The notes: generated by a model not told the origin, from the sequence alone. Shown: positions 16,958 to 26,394, counted from the stretch's first letter. The stretch: 64,000 bases of DNA from Candidatus Omnitrophota bacterium (GCA_020352775.1 CP070684.1:47302-111301), one strand, 5' to 3'. Translations and numbers: made by a program.

Positions 16958-17464
16958 ATGCGCTGGGAATTTATTGATAAAAAGTTCAAAGAAAATAAAA
17001 AGATTTATCTTCTGCAAAGCACTCTGGCTACGATAACAATCTTTCTAATCCTTCTTTTTCTTGATGTCCTTACCCATACTGCAATTATTGCCACCCTAGG
17101 CGCAACTGCATTTGTCGTCTTTGCCATGCCCCATTCTTATATCAGTAAAATGCGAGTTCTTAAAGGAGGCTATATCATCGGGATAATCGTAGGCTGCCTT
17201 TGTTCTTATGCGGCAAATTCTCATATTATCGCCATAAATGGAAATGAAAAAATAGCCTATATAATCTTTGGAGGGTTAGCAGTAGGGATAGCGATTTTTT
17301 TAATGGTAGTTACTAACACCGAACACCCCCCCGCAGCAGGAATGGCATTGGGGCTTGTGCTTAATAAGTGGGATTATAAAACCATTATTTTTATTTTTCT
17401 TGCCCTTACGGTGATGGTCCTGGTAAAAAGAGCCCTGAAATCAAAATTAATAGATTTGATATAA
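16958..17464 (+). CDS. HPP-family membrane protein
   Basis: 168 aa; 'TEHPPAAGMALG' HPP signature, four TMs. Confidence 0.8.
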   Translation: MRWEFIDKKFKENKKIYLLQSTLATITIFLILLFLDVLTHTAIIATLGATAFVVFAMPHSYISKMRVLKGGYIIGIIVGCLCSYAANSHIIAINGNEKIAYIIFGGLAVGIAIFLMVVTNTEHPPAAGMALGLVLNKWDYKTIIFIFLALTVMVLVKRALKSKLIDLI

Positions 17465-18964
17465 ATAGAAAAGAAGTGCAATTATCGCAGCTAAATGCAC
17501 TGAAAACACCCATTTCTCCTGGTAATGTTTCTTGTTGATTAAAACAAACTGAACCCCACCGATAACCAATCCTGGCAAAAGCAGACGCAAATCAAGAAAC
17601 ACCAGGCTCAAAGACCCATAAGCAATCAAAAAGAAACTACCGATAACTAATTTAGCAATTATGGGACCCATAATAACTGGTAAGGTTAAAATCCCGGCCC
17701 CTTTATCACCTTCATAATCTTTTAAATCAATGAAATTAGCACAGAGCGTAAAAAGGGTTAAAAAATACCATATTATTATGGAAGGAAAGGTTAAAAGTTC
17801 TTGACCGGCAAAGATATACCCCAGCATCACCAAAAGCAAAGAAGTAAAGGAGACAAAAAGCTTTGAAAAAACCGGGACTCTTTTTAGCCTGAAAGGAAAT
17901 ACCGAATAGATAAAGTAATTTCCAATGCATAACAAAATAAAAAAAAGCGTTGAAAAATTTACTGCCGCCGCACACAACATCGCAAGAAAAAAAACATAAA
18001 CTGCTAACTGCTTATAAAATTCCCTGGGAATAACCTCTGCAACCAGGGGGCGGTCAGGATTGCTGATTAGATCGATCTTATAATCCGCTAGATTATTTAT
18101 GATAATCGCGGTAAGGCCTGCTAAAAATATTGCGACCAAAACCAAAACGAAGCTTAAAAGTTCTTTTTGTAGAAAAATACAAAACCCGGGGCTTGCTAAA
18201 AATATTCCCAGCACAAACATTAATTCAGAATGAAGAATCCTAAAGGGCCGAACATCCTTAAGCAGCGCTTTAAAAAAAGAGGGCTTCTGGATAAAAAATA
18301 CGACCAAAACTTCAGCAAAAATAATTAAGGTAAATATCCTGATGAGAGGTAAAGGGGTGGTGGCCTTTAAGAAAAGAGCCATAGCCCCAAAAAGTGAAAG
18401 TGTAACATGAACAGTTAGTGTTGCCAATAGACTCTTTATGATTCGATTCGTCTTAAGAAAGCAGTAAACAAAGAAAAGAATGAGAGTGGTAGCAAAAGTT
18501 ACGTTCATGCCGGCGGTCATCTTCACTGGCAAAGGAAAAATTTGGCGTAAAGTGCTAGGATAAATATAAGCGATATTTGCGCCCACACCTTTTGTGATAA
18601 TCAAATCAACCAAGGGCGTAATGTTTAAGATGAAGGAGAAAGAAAAGGCCACTCTAAATATTTTCCCTAAGCTTTCTTTGGTAAAAAGAAAAGCTAATAA
18701 TCCAATACACAAGATAACACTTACCCAGGAAAGATAATAGTGTAGATATGATACAACCAGGCCCTTATAAGCAAGGTAATAGAGGGGATGTAGCTCTGTA
18801 AACAATTTAAATGATACTACGGCCTTATCCGAAAATATTTCCAGAAAATTCCTCAGGGTAATCCAGAATAAAAGACTTAGAATAAAATAAACAAAAGGAA
18901 TATCGGGGTTTTCTAAATAAGATATGATTTTTCGAAAGCGCTGCAATAGGGACTTAATCATCAC
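17447..18964 (-). CDS. UbiA-superfamily prenyltransferase fused to a long polytopic N-terminal extension
   Basis: 505 aa; C-terminal half carries 'NNLADYKIDLISNPDRPL' and 'DLKDYEGDKGAGILTLPV' Asp-rich motifs; the N-terminal part of roughly 270 aa is additional TM helices. Confidence 0.65.
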   Translation of the reverse strand: MMIKSLLQRFRKIISYLENPDIPFVYFILSLLFWITLRNFLEIFSDKAVVSFKLFTELHPLYYLAYKGLVVSYLHYYLSWVSVILCIGLLAFLFTKESLGKIFRVAFSFSFILNITPLVDLIITKGVGANIAYIYPSTLRQIFPLPVKMTAGMNVTFATTLILFFVYCFLKTNRIIKSLLATLTVHVTLSLFGAMALFLKATTPLPLIRIFTLIIFAEVLVVFFIQKPSFFKALLKDVRPFRILHSELMFVLGIFLASPGFCIFLQKELLSFVLVLVAIFLAGLTAIIINNLADYKIDLISNPDRPLVAEVIPREFYKQLAVYVFFLAMLCAAAVNFSTLFFILLCIGNYFIYSVFPFRLKRVPVFSKLFVSFTSLLLVMLGYIFAGQELLTFPSIIIWYFLTLFTLCANFIDLKDYEGDKGAGILTLPVIMGPIIAKLVIGSFFLIAYGSLSLVFLDLRLLLPGLVIGGVQFVLINKKHYQEKWVFSVHLAAIIALLFYLYQIY

Positions 18965-19015
18965 TAAAAATTATAGATGAGAGAAAAGTAACTGTCAATG
19001 CTTTCGACATTTATT

Positions 19016-19043
19016 TTGCTAAATAAAAAGAATATGGTAAAAT
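19016..19043 (+). promoter_or_regulatory. Sigma70-type promoter
   Basis: TTGCTA (19016-19021), 16-nt spacer, TAAAAT (19038-19043). Confidence 0.45.
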
Positions 19044-19093
19044 ATTAACAAAGTTGAAGTAAAATATAAAACAAAAATTAGATAGGAGGTAAG

Positions 19094-19432
19094 ATGGCAA
19101 AAGCAAAGAAAAAAGCCGTGAAAAAAGCATCAAAGAGTAGATTTGCGGAATTAAAAAAGCTATGGCCCAAAACAAAAAAAGAGTGGGAGAAAGGGCTAAA
19201 ACAGACAAAGAAATTACTCGATAAAGGGGAAACATATCTTAAAAGCGTCTCCGAAAAAGGCGTTGAGCAAACCAGGAAAATATCTCTCAATCTAAAAAAA
19301 GAACAATTGTATTATAATCTCGGCAAACTAGTAGCTAATACTCCAAAAACAAAATGGTCAAAAAGCCCCAAGGTAGCCAAGCTATTAAAACAGATAGCTA
19401 ACATTGAGAATACTGTTAAAAAAATAAAATAA
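19094..19432 (+). CDS. Lysine-rich helical protein of unknown function
   Basis: 112 aa; 'MAKAKKKAVKKASK...'; SD GGAGGT; no TM or signal peptide. Confidence 0.5.
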   Translation: MAKAKKKAVKKASKSRFAELKKLWPKTKKEWEKGLKQTKKLLDKGETYLKSVSEKGVEQTRKISLNLKKEQLYYNLGKLVANTPKTKWSKSPKVAKLLKQIANIENTVKKIK

Positions 19433-19466
19433 TCGCCGCCCACGCTCTAGATTTTAAGGAGGTAAG

Positions 19467-19787
19467 ATGGAGGTCAAAGTAACTGCCCAAAATTTTCAGG
19501 AAGAAGTCATTAACTCGCCGCTACCGGTTCTGGTAGATTTCTGGGCTCCCTGGTGTGGTCCCTGCAAAATGATTGCACCGTATTTAGAGGAGCTGGCAGA
19601 GAAATATGATGGAAAAATCAAGGTCGCTAAAATAAATGTCGATGAGGCTGCGGAACTAGCCACTCAATTCGCGATTATGAGCATCCCCGCCCTTTTGATT
19701 TTTAAAGACGGTAAAGTAATGGAGAAAACAACTGGAGTAATGTCTAAAGAAGAACTAGAAAGATTCATCTCTTCTTATATCGCATAG
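19467..19787 (+). CDS. trxA: Thioredoxin
   Basis: 106 aa; 'VDFWAPWCGPCKMIAP' active site; SD AAGGAGG. Confidence 0.92.
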   Translation: MEVKVTAQNFQEEVINSPLPVLVDFWAPWCGPCKMIAPYLEELAEKYDGKIKVAKINVDEAAELATQFAIMSIPALLIFKDGKVMEKTTGVMSKEELERFISSYIA

Positions 19788-19860
19788 ATACCGAAAGTCC
19801 TTAAATTTCATATAAAAACTCGCATCTTCACCTCTTACCTAACATATTATAAATAAAAAC

Positions 19861-19889
19861 TTGCTATCACGGCTATAAATTGCTATAAT
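19861..19889 (+). promoter_or_regulatory. Sigma70-type promoter of the tRNA cluster
   Basis: TTGCTA (19861-19866), 17-nt spacer, consensus TATAAT (19884-19889), 14 nt before the tRNA 5' end. Confidence 0.6.
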
Positions 19890-19903
19890 TTTTAACATTC
19901 TGC

Positions 19904-19977
19904 GGGCCCGTAGCTCAGTTGGTTAGAGCAGTTGACTCATAATCAATTGGTCCGGGGTTCGAGTCCCTGCGGGCCCA
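19904..19977 (+). tRNA. tRNA with CAT anticodon (elongator Met, or Ile2 if lysidine-modified); no encoded CCA
   Basis: Hand-folded cloverleaf: acceptor GGGCCCG/CGGGCCC, D arm GCTC-AGTTGGTTA-GAGC, anticodon arm GTTGA-CTCATAA-TCAAT, T arm CGGGG-TTCGAGT-CCCTG; G1-C72, so not an initiator. Confidence 0.9.
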
Positions 19978-19999
19978 TTACGGAAAAGATAAGTCCCTG

Positions 20000-20027
20000 C
20001 TTACCAGCAGGCAGGTCTGCCGGTAAG
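20000..20027 (+). repeat. GC-rich imperfect hairpin element related to the palindrome at 20097-20116
   Basis: CTTACCAGCAGGCAGGTCTGCCGGTAAG: 11 of 12 stem positions pair; shares the CCCTGC..CC.GCAGGCAGGT core with the reverse complement of the 20097 element. Confidence 0.6.
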
Positions 20028-20074
20028 AAATCTGTGGGGTGATGTTGTTCTATCTATAATATATATTTTATCCT

Positions 20075-20122
20075 GGGCGATTAGCTCAGATGGTTACCTG
20101 CCTGCCGGCAGGCAGGGAGCGC
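20075..20122 (+). pseudogene. Truncated copy of the tRNA-Val 5' end (acceptor plus D arm) interrupted by a perfect 20-nt palindrome
   Basis: GGGCGATTAGCTCAGATGGTTA[CCTGCCTGCCGGCAGGCAGG]GAGCGC vs authentic GGGCGGTTAGCTCAGTTGGTTAGAGCGC at 20138 (2 mismatches in 28); no anticodon or T arm follows. Confidence 0.75.
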
Positions 20123-20137
20123 TACTGATAAATTTAC

Positions 20138-20211
20138 GGGCGGTTAGCTCAGTTGGTTAGAGCGCATGCCTCACATGCATGAGGTCACAGGTTCGAATCC
20201 TGTATCGCCCA
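20138..20211 (+). tRNA. tRNA-Val(CAC); no encoded CCA
   Basis: Hand-folded cloverleaf: acceptor GGGCGGT/ATCGCCC, D arm GCTC/GAGC, anticodon arm CATGC-CTCACAT-GCATG, T arm ACAGG-TTCGAAT-CCTGT. Confidence 0.9.
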
Positions 20212-20273
20212 TTGTTGTATCTTCTGACAAAACTGTTTCGCGTAAAAGGGCGAAGGGGTTAAGCAAATTACGT

Positions 20274-20999
20274 ATGGGTTTAAAAGAAGAGCTACAAAAA
20301 ATCGTAAAACTACAGGAGATTGATTCCCAACTATATAAACTCACGCACCAAAAAGATGTTGAGAAACCTTCACGGCTTAATGAAACATTTACTGGCCTAG
20401 AAGAACAAAAAAGGACGCTGGCAACTTCTAAAGAAAAAATTCAGCAACTACAGCTTAAGAAAAAGGACCGAGAATTAGAGCTACAAACTAAAGAAGAAGC
20501 AGTCAAAAAAGCACAAGGAGAACTTTATCAGTTAAAAACAAACAAAGAATACCAAGCGAAGCTTAATGAGATTGCCTCACATAAAGCAGATGTGTCTTTG
20601 TTAGAAGAAGAAGTGCTTAAAGCGCTGGAAGAGATTGAGGGAGCAGAAAAAGAACTAAACCAGATTCAGGGTGCACGGGCTGAGCAAGAGAAAAAGTTCA
20701 AAGAAGAGGAAAGCACGGTCGCGACAGAAATAAAAGAAATAGATATTCAAATGAAAGGATTGGAAGACAAAAGAAATATAATCGCAAAAGACGTCAATCC
20801 CAAAATCTTTGCCAAATACGAACAACTCATAAAGAGCCGCCACGGAGAAGCAATCGCGCCCATCGTCAACGATAACTGTGGATTCTGCCATATGCGCGTG
20901 ACCCCTCAAACAATAAATGAGATAAAAATGTATAAAGACTTAGTACTCTGTCACAGTTGCGTAAGGATTCTTTATATCCCGGAAGATTTAGAAGGATGA
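20274..20999 (+). CDS. Coiled-coil plus C4 zinc-ribbon protein (COG1579/DUF164 type)
   Basis: Start moved to M37 of the track ORF because 20166-20211 is tRNA-Val; long heptad-rich region then 'CGFCHMRV...LVLCHSCVRILY'. Confidence 0.75.
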   Translation: MGLKEELQKIVKLQEIDSQLYKLTHQKDVEKPSRLNETFTGLEEQKRTLATSKEKIQQLQLKKKDRELELQTKEEAVKKAQGELYQLKTNKEYQAKLNEIASHKADVSLLEEEVLKALEEIEGAEKELNQIQGARAEQEKKFKEEESTVATEIKEIDIQMKGLEDKRNIIAKDVNPKIFAKYEQLIKSRHGEAIAPIVNDNCGFCHMRVTPQTINEIKMYKDLVLCHSCVRILYIPEDLEG

Positions 21000-21394
21000 T
21001 AAAAATTTATATTGATGGCGCATCAATTGGTAATCCGGGAAAAACCGGGATTGGATACTTGATTTATAAAAATAATAAGCTCCTTAAAAAAGAGAGTATT
21101 TCTTTAGGGGTTCAGACCAACAATTTTGCGGAATACATGGCGCTTATTTTTTCTCTGGCAGATCTTTTAAGTATGGGGGAGAAGAAATGTCAGGTTTTTT
21201 CTGACAGCAATTTGCTTTGCGAACAGATAAAAGGAAACTTTAAGACCAAAAATCAAAATATTTACCCCCTTTATGTATTGGCAAAGAACTTAATCGCAAA
21301 ATTAGATGAATTTAGTCTCTCGCATATACCGAGAGAAAAAAATAAAGAGGCAGACCAACTGGCAAAAAAAGCAACCGGTTTTTTAACAATGTAA
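20996..21394 (+). CDS. rnhA: Ribonuclease H (type 1, RNase HI-like)
   Basis: 'IYIDGASIGNPG', 'NNFAEYMAL', 'FSDSNLL', 'KNKEADQLAKKA' (DEDD residues); ATGA start/stop overlap with the upstream gene. Confidence 0.8.
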   Translation: MIKIYIDGASIGNPGKTGIGYLIYKNNKLLKKESISLGVQTNNFAEYMALIFSLADLLSMGEKKCQVFSDSNLLCEQIKGNFKTKNQNIYPLYVLAKNLIAKLDEFSLSHIPREKNKEADQLAKKATGFLTM

Positions 21395-21418
21395 TAAGTT
21401 TATTAAAGGAGGTCAAAT

Positions 21419-22174
21419 ATGAGTGGTCATTCCAAATGGGCAAGTATCAAACATAAAAAAGCAGCAGTTGATGCCAAAAGGGGGCGGCTGTTCAGTAAGC
21501 TTATCCGCGAAGTAACAGTGGCCGCAAAAGACGGTGGAGGAAACCCCGATACTAATCCGCGCCTGCGTACTGCCATTGACCGCGCAAAAGACGCCAACAT
21601 GCCCCTGGACAACATCGAGAAGGCAATAAAAAAAGGAACCGGGGAATTACCCGGCGTAACTTATGAAAGCTGTATTTTTGAAGGATATGGTCCGGGTGGA
21701 ATCGCAATCCTGGTAGAAACTTTAACCGATAATAAAAATAGGACCACCGCCGAGGTACGCAATATCTTCTCCAAAAAAGGCGGAAACATGGCCGGAGGGG
21801 GAAGCGTGGCTTGGATTTTTACGCCTAAAGGCTACATCTTAATCGATAAGTCTCAAATCAGCGAAGACGAACTCTTCTCGGTAGCAGTGGATGCTGGAGC
21901 CGAAGATATAAAAACCGCTGAGAAAAGTTATGAGGTCTTCTGCGACCAAAAAGATTTTGAAAGCGTCAAGGAGGCCTTAAAAAATAAAGGTATCCAGTGG
22001 GAAGACGCCGAGCTTACCATGGTGCCTAATTCTACGATTAAGCTTGCCGGAACAGAGGCAAAGCAGATCTTAGGACTGGTGGAATCACTGGAAGAGCACG
22101 ATGACGTTCAAAAGGTATATGCTAATTTTGATATTCCTGATGAGATTCTAGAGGAAATCGCCCAGGAAATGTAA
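21419..22174 (+). CDS. yebC: YebC/PmpR-family transcriptional regulator
   Basis: 251 aa; 'MSGHSKWASIKHKKAAVDAKRG' canonical N-terminus. Confidence 0.92.
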   Translation: MSGHSKWASIKHKKAAVDAKRGRLFSKLIREVTVAAKDGGGNPDTNPRLRTAIDRAKDANMPLDNIEKAIKKGTGELPGVTYESCIFEGYGPGGIAILVETLTDNKNRTTAEVRNIFSKKGGNMAGGGSVAWIFTPKGYILIDKSQISEDELFSVAVDAGAEDIKTAEKSYEVFCDQKDFESVKEALKNKGIQWEDAELTMVPNSTIKLAGTEAKQILGLVESLEEHDDVQKVYANFDIPDEILEEIAQEM

Positions 22175-22677
22175 TGAGGGTTTTAGCAATAGACGTCGGA
22201 ATCCAAGTAACGGGTTTCGTAATATGCGATGTAAAAAATTTAACGGTAGAACTAATAAAAGAAGGTCAGATAAAACCGCGACCTAAACAGTCGCTCCCTG
22301 AAAAATTGGGATATATTTTCCAAGAATTACAAAGTCAAGTAAAGCAATTCGCACCAGGAGCAATTCTGGCAGAAAAACTTTATTCTCATTATCGACACCC
22401 AACAACTCTGGGGATTCTATCACACGTAAGAGGAGTAGTGGCCCTGCTTGCCCAACAGCGAAACTTAGAGTTTTATGAATTTTCACCGACCCGCGCCAGA
22501 AAGTCTTTTGCGGGCAGAGGCAATGTGAACTCAGCCCAGGTAAAAAAGATGGCGGAAAACTTAACCGGCAGGCAATTTAAATCCACTCATACCGCTGATG
22601 CTTATTCTTTAACAATTGCGTTTTCGCACCTGCAGAAAGTGAAAAGGATAGAAAAAGAAATAGCCAAAAGACAATGA
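22174..22677 (+). CDS. ruvC: Holliday junction resolvase RuvC
   Basis: 167 aa; 'MRVLAIDVG' N-terminus, RNase H-like fold length, sits before ruvA. Confidence 0.85.
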   Translation: MRVLAIDVGIQVTGFVICDVKNLTVELIKEGQIKPRPKQSLPEKLGYIFQELQSQVKQFAPGAILAEKLYSHYRHPTTLGILSHVRGVVALLAQQRNLEFYEFSPTRARKSFAGRGNVNSAQVKKMAENLTGRQFKSTHTADAYSLTIAFSHLQKVKRIEKEIAKRQ

Positions 22678-23285
22678 TTTCACGCATTAAGGGCAATCTG
22701 ATAAAAAAAGATGATAACCGCGTCCTGGTTGATGTGGGAGGCATATTTTATGAAGTCAATATCCCCCGCACCGTAGCAGGCCGCATCTGTGAAGATGAAG
22801 GTAGCCCCCTAGAGTTAATTATTTATCACTATCTTCACATGGATAAAAGTAAAGGGGTGCCGGTATTAATTGGCTTTATTGATGAGCTTGAAAAAGATTT
22901 CTTTGAAAGGTTTATAAGTGTCTCCGGGATCGGGCCCAAGGCGGCGCTGCGTGCTTTTGATAAACCGGTTTCAAGTATTGCCCAGGCAATAGAAGAAGGA
23001 AATATCAATTTTCTAAAGACCCTGGCCGGAATCGGACAACAAAAAGCAAAGCATATTGTGGCTGCCCTGCAAGGAAAAGTAGGCAGATTTGCACTTCTTA
23101 AGGGTGAAGAATGTAACTATGAGCCCGCAAAGAAAGAAATCACCCAGGAAGCAAAACAGATCCTTAAGCGTCTTCAATACAGCGCAAAAGAGATAGAGGA
23201 GATGATAACTAAAGCCCTTAAGACTAAACCGGAGGCGGAGAGCACTGAAGACCTTCTTAATGAAATTTATCGTCAACGAAAATAA
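22674..23285 (+). CDS. ruvA: Holliday junction branch migration protein RuvA
   Basis: 203 aa; 'MISRIKGNL...VLVDVGGIFYEV', HhH 'VSGIGPKAAL', 'LAGIGQQKAKHIV'. Confidence 0.9.
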   Translation: MISRIKGNLIKKDDNRVLVDVGGIFYEVNIPRTVAGRICEDEGSPLELIIYHYLHMDKSKGVPVLIGFIDELEKDFFERFISVSGIGPKAALRAFDKPVSSIAQAIEEGNINFLKTLAGIGQQKAKHIVAALQGKVGRFALLKGEECNYEPAKKEITQEAKQILKRLQYSAKEIEEMITKALKTKPEAESTEDLLNEIYRQRK

Positions 23286-23288
23286 GCT

Positions 23289-23972
23289 ATGGATAGACAA
23301 CAAATAAAATCAATTGTAGAATCACTGCTTTTCATTAACGAAAAACCAATTGAGTTAAAAGAGCTGTGTGAGACTCTTTCGTTAAGCAAAAAAGATATTG
23401 AAGCCGCAACTAATGAATTAATCGCAGAATACAAGAGTCGCGCCTCAGGAATCTGCGTGGTTAAGGTTGCGGGAGGATATCAGATGTGCTCTGCTCCCGG
23501 CAATGAAGAGTGGGTTAAAAGAATGTATCGGGAGCGCGGCAAGCAGAAGCTTTCAGTTGCCGCCCTTGAATGCCTTGCGATTGTTGCCTACAAACAACCG
23601 ATCACCAAGATGGAGATAGAGGCAATCCGAGGCGTAAATGTGGACGGAGTGACAAAGAATCTGGTTGATTTTGGATTAATAAAGATTGCGGGCAGAAAAG
23701 AAGTGGTGGGTAGGCCTTTTATTTATATTACCACCCGCAAGTTTTTAGAGTATTTTGGTCTTAATTCCCTAAAAGACCTTCCGAGATTGGAAGAATTCAT
23801 TGAGCTTGCAAAAGAAGATAAGGTTCTTCAAGAGCTAACTGAGCCGCTTTTTAAAAAGCCGGAAACTGCCCAAGAAGAAATTGGCAAAAATAATGAAAGT
23901 AAAAATATTGAAAATCAAACCAACAATAGCGTAGCTAATCAAGATACGCACGAACAGAAGGAGGTAACATAA
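23289..23972 (+). CDS. scpB: Segregation and condensation protein B
   Basis: 227 aa; '[18 protein letters not shown]', '[26 protein letters not shown]', '[18 protein letters not shown]'. Confidence 0.85.
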   Translation: MDRQQIKSIVESLLFINEKPIELKELCETLSLSKKDIEAATNELIAEYKSRASGICVVKVAGGYQMCSAPGNEEWVKRMYRERGKQKLSVAALECLAIVAYKQPITKMEIEAIRGVNVDGVTKNLVDFGLIKIAGRKEVVGRPFIYITTRKFLEYFGLNSLKDLPRLEEFIELAKEDKVLQELTEPLFKKPETAQEEIGKNNESKNIENQTNNSVANQDTHEQKEVT

Positions 23973-25108
23973 TGAAAAGGTTTTTTGCTTCTGAATCAGT
24001 AACTGAAGGTCATCCTGATAAAGTATGCGATCAGATTTCAGATGCGGTCCTAGACGCAGTATTTTCTAAAGACCCGCGCGGACGCGTTGCCTGTGAGACA
24101 TTGGTAAGCCGCGGCCTGGTAGTAGTTGCGGGAGAAATAACAACTAATTGTTATGTGGAAATTCCAAGAGTTGTAAGAAATTTACTTAAAAATATCGGCT
24201 ATGACGACCCTGCAATCGGCTTTGACCATGAAAGCTGCGGGGTAGTGACTGCGATTCAGGAACAATCCGCAGATATTGCAGTAGGGGTAGATACCGGAGG
24301 TGCCGGTGACCAGGGACTTATGTTTGGATTTGCTAACACTGAAACCCCAGAGCTTATGCCCCTTCCGATCATGTTATCCCATCGACTGGTGCGCCGTCTT
24401 TCTGAATTAAGAAAGGAAAGGGTCTTACGCTATCTTCGTCCCGATGGAAAATCTCAAGTCTCCGTAGAATATGAGCATGGAAAGCCTAAACGGGTTGATG
24501 CTGTAATTCTTGGAGCCCATCACTCTAAAGAGATCCTCACCGAAGATTTACGTGAAGACCTTAAAAAGCTGGTTATTGATTATATTATCCCCAAAAATCT
24601 CATGGATAAAAATACCAAGATCTTTATCAACGGAACCGGTAGATTTGAAATCGGTGGTCCGGTATCTGATACCGGAGTTACCGGCAGAAAAATCATTGTC
24701 GATACATACGGCGGCTTTGCCCGTCACGGCGGAGGATGTTTTAGCGGTAAGGACCCCACAAAAGTTGACCGCTCTGCTTCTTACATGGGTCGCTATATCG
24801 CAAAGAATGTTGTAAGGGCCGGCTTAGCCCAGACATGCGAAGTTCAGCTTTCTTACTGTATTGGTGTTGCCGAACCAGTATCGGTTAGTGTCAATACTTT
24901 TGGAACCGGAAAGGCTGATGAAGGAAAGATTTCTAAGGCAATACGCGAAGTATTTAAACTTACTCCTTCCGGAATTATTGATGAACTTAAGCTCCTTCGG
25001 CCAATTTATACTAACACCGCTGCCTATGGACATTTTGGCCGGGAAGAAGAAGGGTTTACCTGGGAAAACACTGATAAAGCTGATGTATTGAAAAAGGCCT
25101 GCAAGTAA
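23972..25108 (+). CDS. metK: S-adenosylmethionine synthase
   Basis: 378 aa; '[18 protein letters not shown]', '[10 protein letters not shown]', '[16 protein letters not shown]'. Confidence 0.95.
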   Translation: MKRFFASESVTEGHPDKVCDQISDAVLDAVFSKDPRGRVACETLVSRGLVVVAGEITTNCYVEIPRVVRNLLKNIGYDDPAIGFDHESCGVVTAIQEQSADIAVGVDTGGAGDQGLMFGFANTETPELMPLPIMLSHRLVRRLSELRKERVLRYLRPDGKSQVSVEYEHGKPKRVDAVILGAHHSKEILTEDLREDLKKLVIDYIIPKNLMDKNTKIFINGTGRFEIGGPVSDTGVTGRKIIVDTYGGFARHGGGCFSGKDPTKVDRSASYMGRYIAKNVVRAGLAQTCEVQLSYCIGVAEPVSVSVNTFGTGKADEGKISKAIREVFKLTPSGIIDELKLLRPIYTNTAAYGHFGREEEGFTWENTDKADVLKKACK

Positions 25109-25118
25109 AGGAGAAAAC

Positions 25119-26381
25119 ATGAAGTGCGATATTAAAAATAAAAATTTACGCCAGGAAGGAAAAAAGAGAATCGAATGGGCACTAAACCGCATGCCGGTAT
25201 TAGAGCAAGTAAGGATGCGCTTTGCAAAAACAAAGCCACTTAAAGGAGTAACCATCGGTGCCTGTCTTCACGTCACCACTGAAACTGCTGCTTTAGCCCT
25301 TACCCTAAAAGCAGCGGGAGCGAGACCTTCAGTATGCGCCTCTAACCCTTTGTCCACCCAGGATGATGTGGCAGCATCATTGGTTTTTGACTACGGAATA
25401 GAGGTATTTGCGATCAAAGGTGAAAACACAAAAACTTATTATTCCCACATTGATTCAGTGCTAAAGAACAATCCCCAGATCACCCTTGATGATGGGGCGG
25501 ATCTGATTTCAGTAATTCACAAACGTGCCCGAACTTCTAAAACTCAAAGATTACCCTGGGCAAGTACTGAGGAGACAACCACTGGAGTGATACGCCTAAA
25601 ATCTTTAGAGGGGCAGGGAAAACTACTTTATCCCATTATTGCGGTAAATGACGCCTACACCAAGCACCTTTTTGATAACCGCTACGGGACCGGTCAATCT
25701 ACCATGGATGGAATAGTGCGCGCCACCAACAAACTCATTGCCGGCACCAATGTTGTAGTCTGTGGCTATGGGTGGTGTGGTAAAGGGGTATCAATAAGGG
25801 CAAAAGGCTTAGGTGCAAATGTAATTATCTGCGAGGCTGATCCCCTTAAAGCTCTGGAAGCAGTAATGGATGGATTTCGGGTCCTACCAGTTAAAGAAGC
25901 AGCCAAAATAGGAGATATATTTGTTACGGTCACCGGCGATATAAATGTAATCTCTAAAGAGGATTTTCCCTTAATGAAAGATAGAGTGCTAGTGGCCAAC
26001 GCTGGACACTTTGATGTTGAAATTGATATTAAAAGTCTTGCTGCGCTAGCCACAAAGAAAAAAGAAGTCAAACCCTTGGTGACCGAATACACTCTTAAAA
26101 ATAAAAAGAGAATTTATGTTTTAGGAGAAGGTAGGCTTGTAAACTTAGCCTGCGCTGAAGGTCATCCGGCAGAAGTAATGGATTTAAGCTTTGCCAATCA
26201 GGCATTAAGCGCTGAGTTTATCGCTAAGAACCACCGAAAGTTAAAGAAAAAAGTTTATAAGGTACCTGATGAGATAGACTCCAGAGTCGCGGCATTAAAG
26301 CTAAGTTCCATGGGTATAAGAATCGATAAGCTCACTACCCAACAAAAGAAATATCTGGCGAGCTGGGAAGTAGGAACCTAA
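25119..26381 (+). CDS. ahcY: Adenosylhomocysteinase
   Basis: 420 aa; 'CLHVTTETAAL', 'DDGADL', 'EETTTGV', NAD site 'VCGYGWCGKG', 'GHFDVEID'. Confidence 0.95.
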   Translation: MKCDIKNKNLRQEGKKRIEWALNRMPVLEQVRMRFAKTKPLKGVTIGACLHVTTETAALALTLKAAGARPSVCASNPLSTQDDVAASLVFDYGIEVFAIKGENTKTYYSHIDSVLKNNPQITLDDGADLISVIHKRARTSKTQRLPWASTEETTTGVIRLKSLEGQGKLLYPIIAVNDAYTKHLFDNRYGTGQSTMDGIVRATNKLIAGTNVVVCGYGWCGKGVSIRAKGLGANVIICEADPLKALEAVMDGFRVLPVKEAAKIGDIFVTVTGDINVISKEDFPLMKDRVLVANAGHFDVEIDIKSLAALATKKKEVKPLVTEYTLKNKKRIYVLGEGRLVNLACAEGHPAEVMDLSFANQALSAEFIAKNHRKLKKKVYKVPDEIDSRVAALKLSSMGIRIDKLTTQQKKYLASWEVGT

Positions 26382-26394
26382 GAGGTTCGAGGCT

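Noticed and set aside
19991-19998. GTCCCTGC repeat of the tRNA-Met T-arm, considered as an attachment-site remnant of an integrated element
   Set aside because: Only 8 nt are identical, and no integrase or foreign gene block lies adjacent. It is retained only as context for the tRNA-spacer finding.
20166-20273. N-terminal 36 codons of the track ORF 20166-20999 ('MPHMHEVTGSNPVSPI...')
   Set aside because: These codons read through tRNA-Val (20138-20211). The true start is taken as the ATG at 20274.
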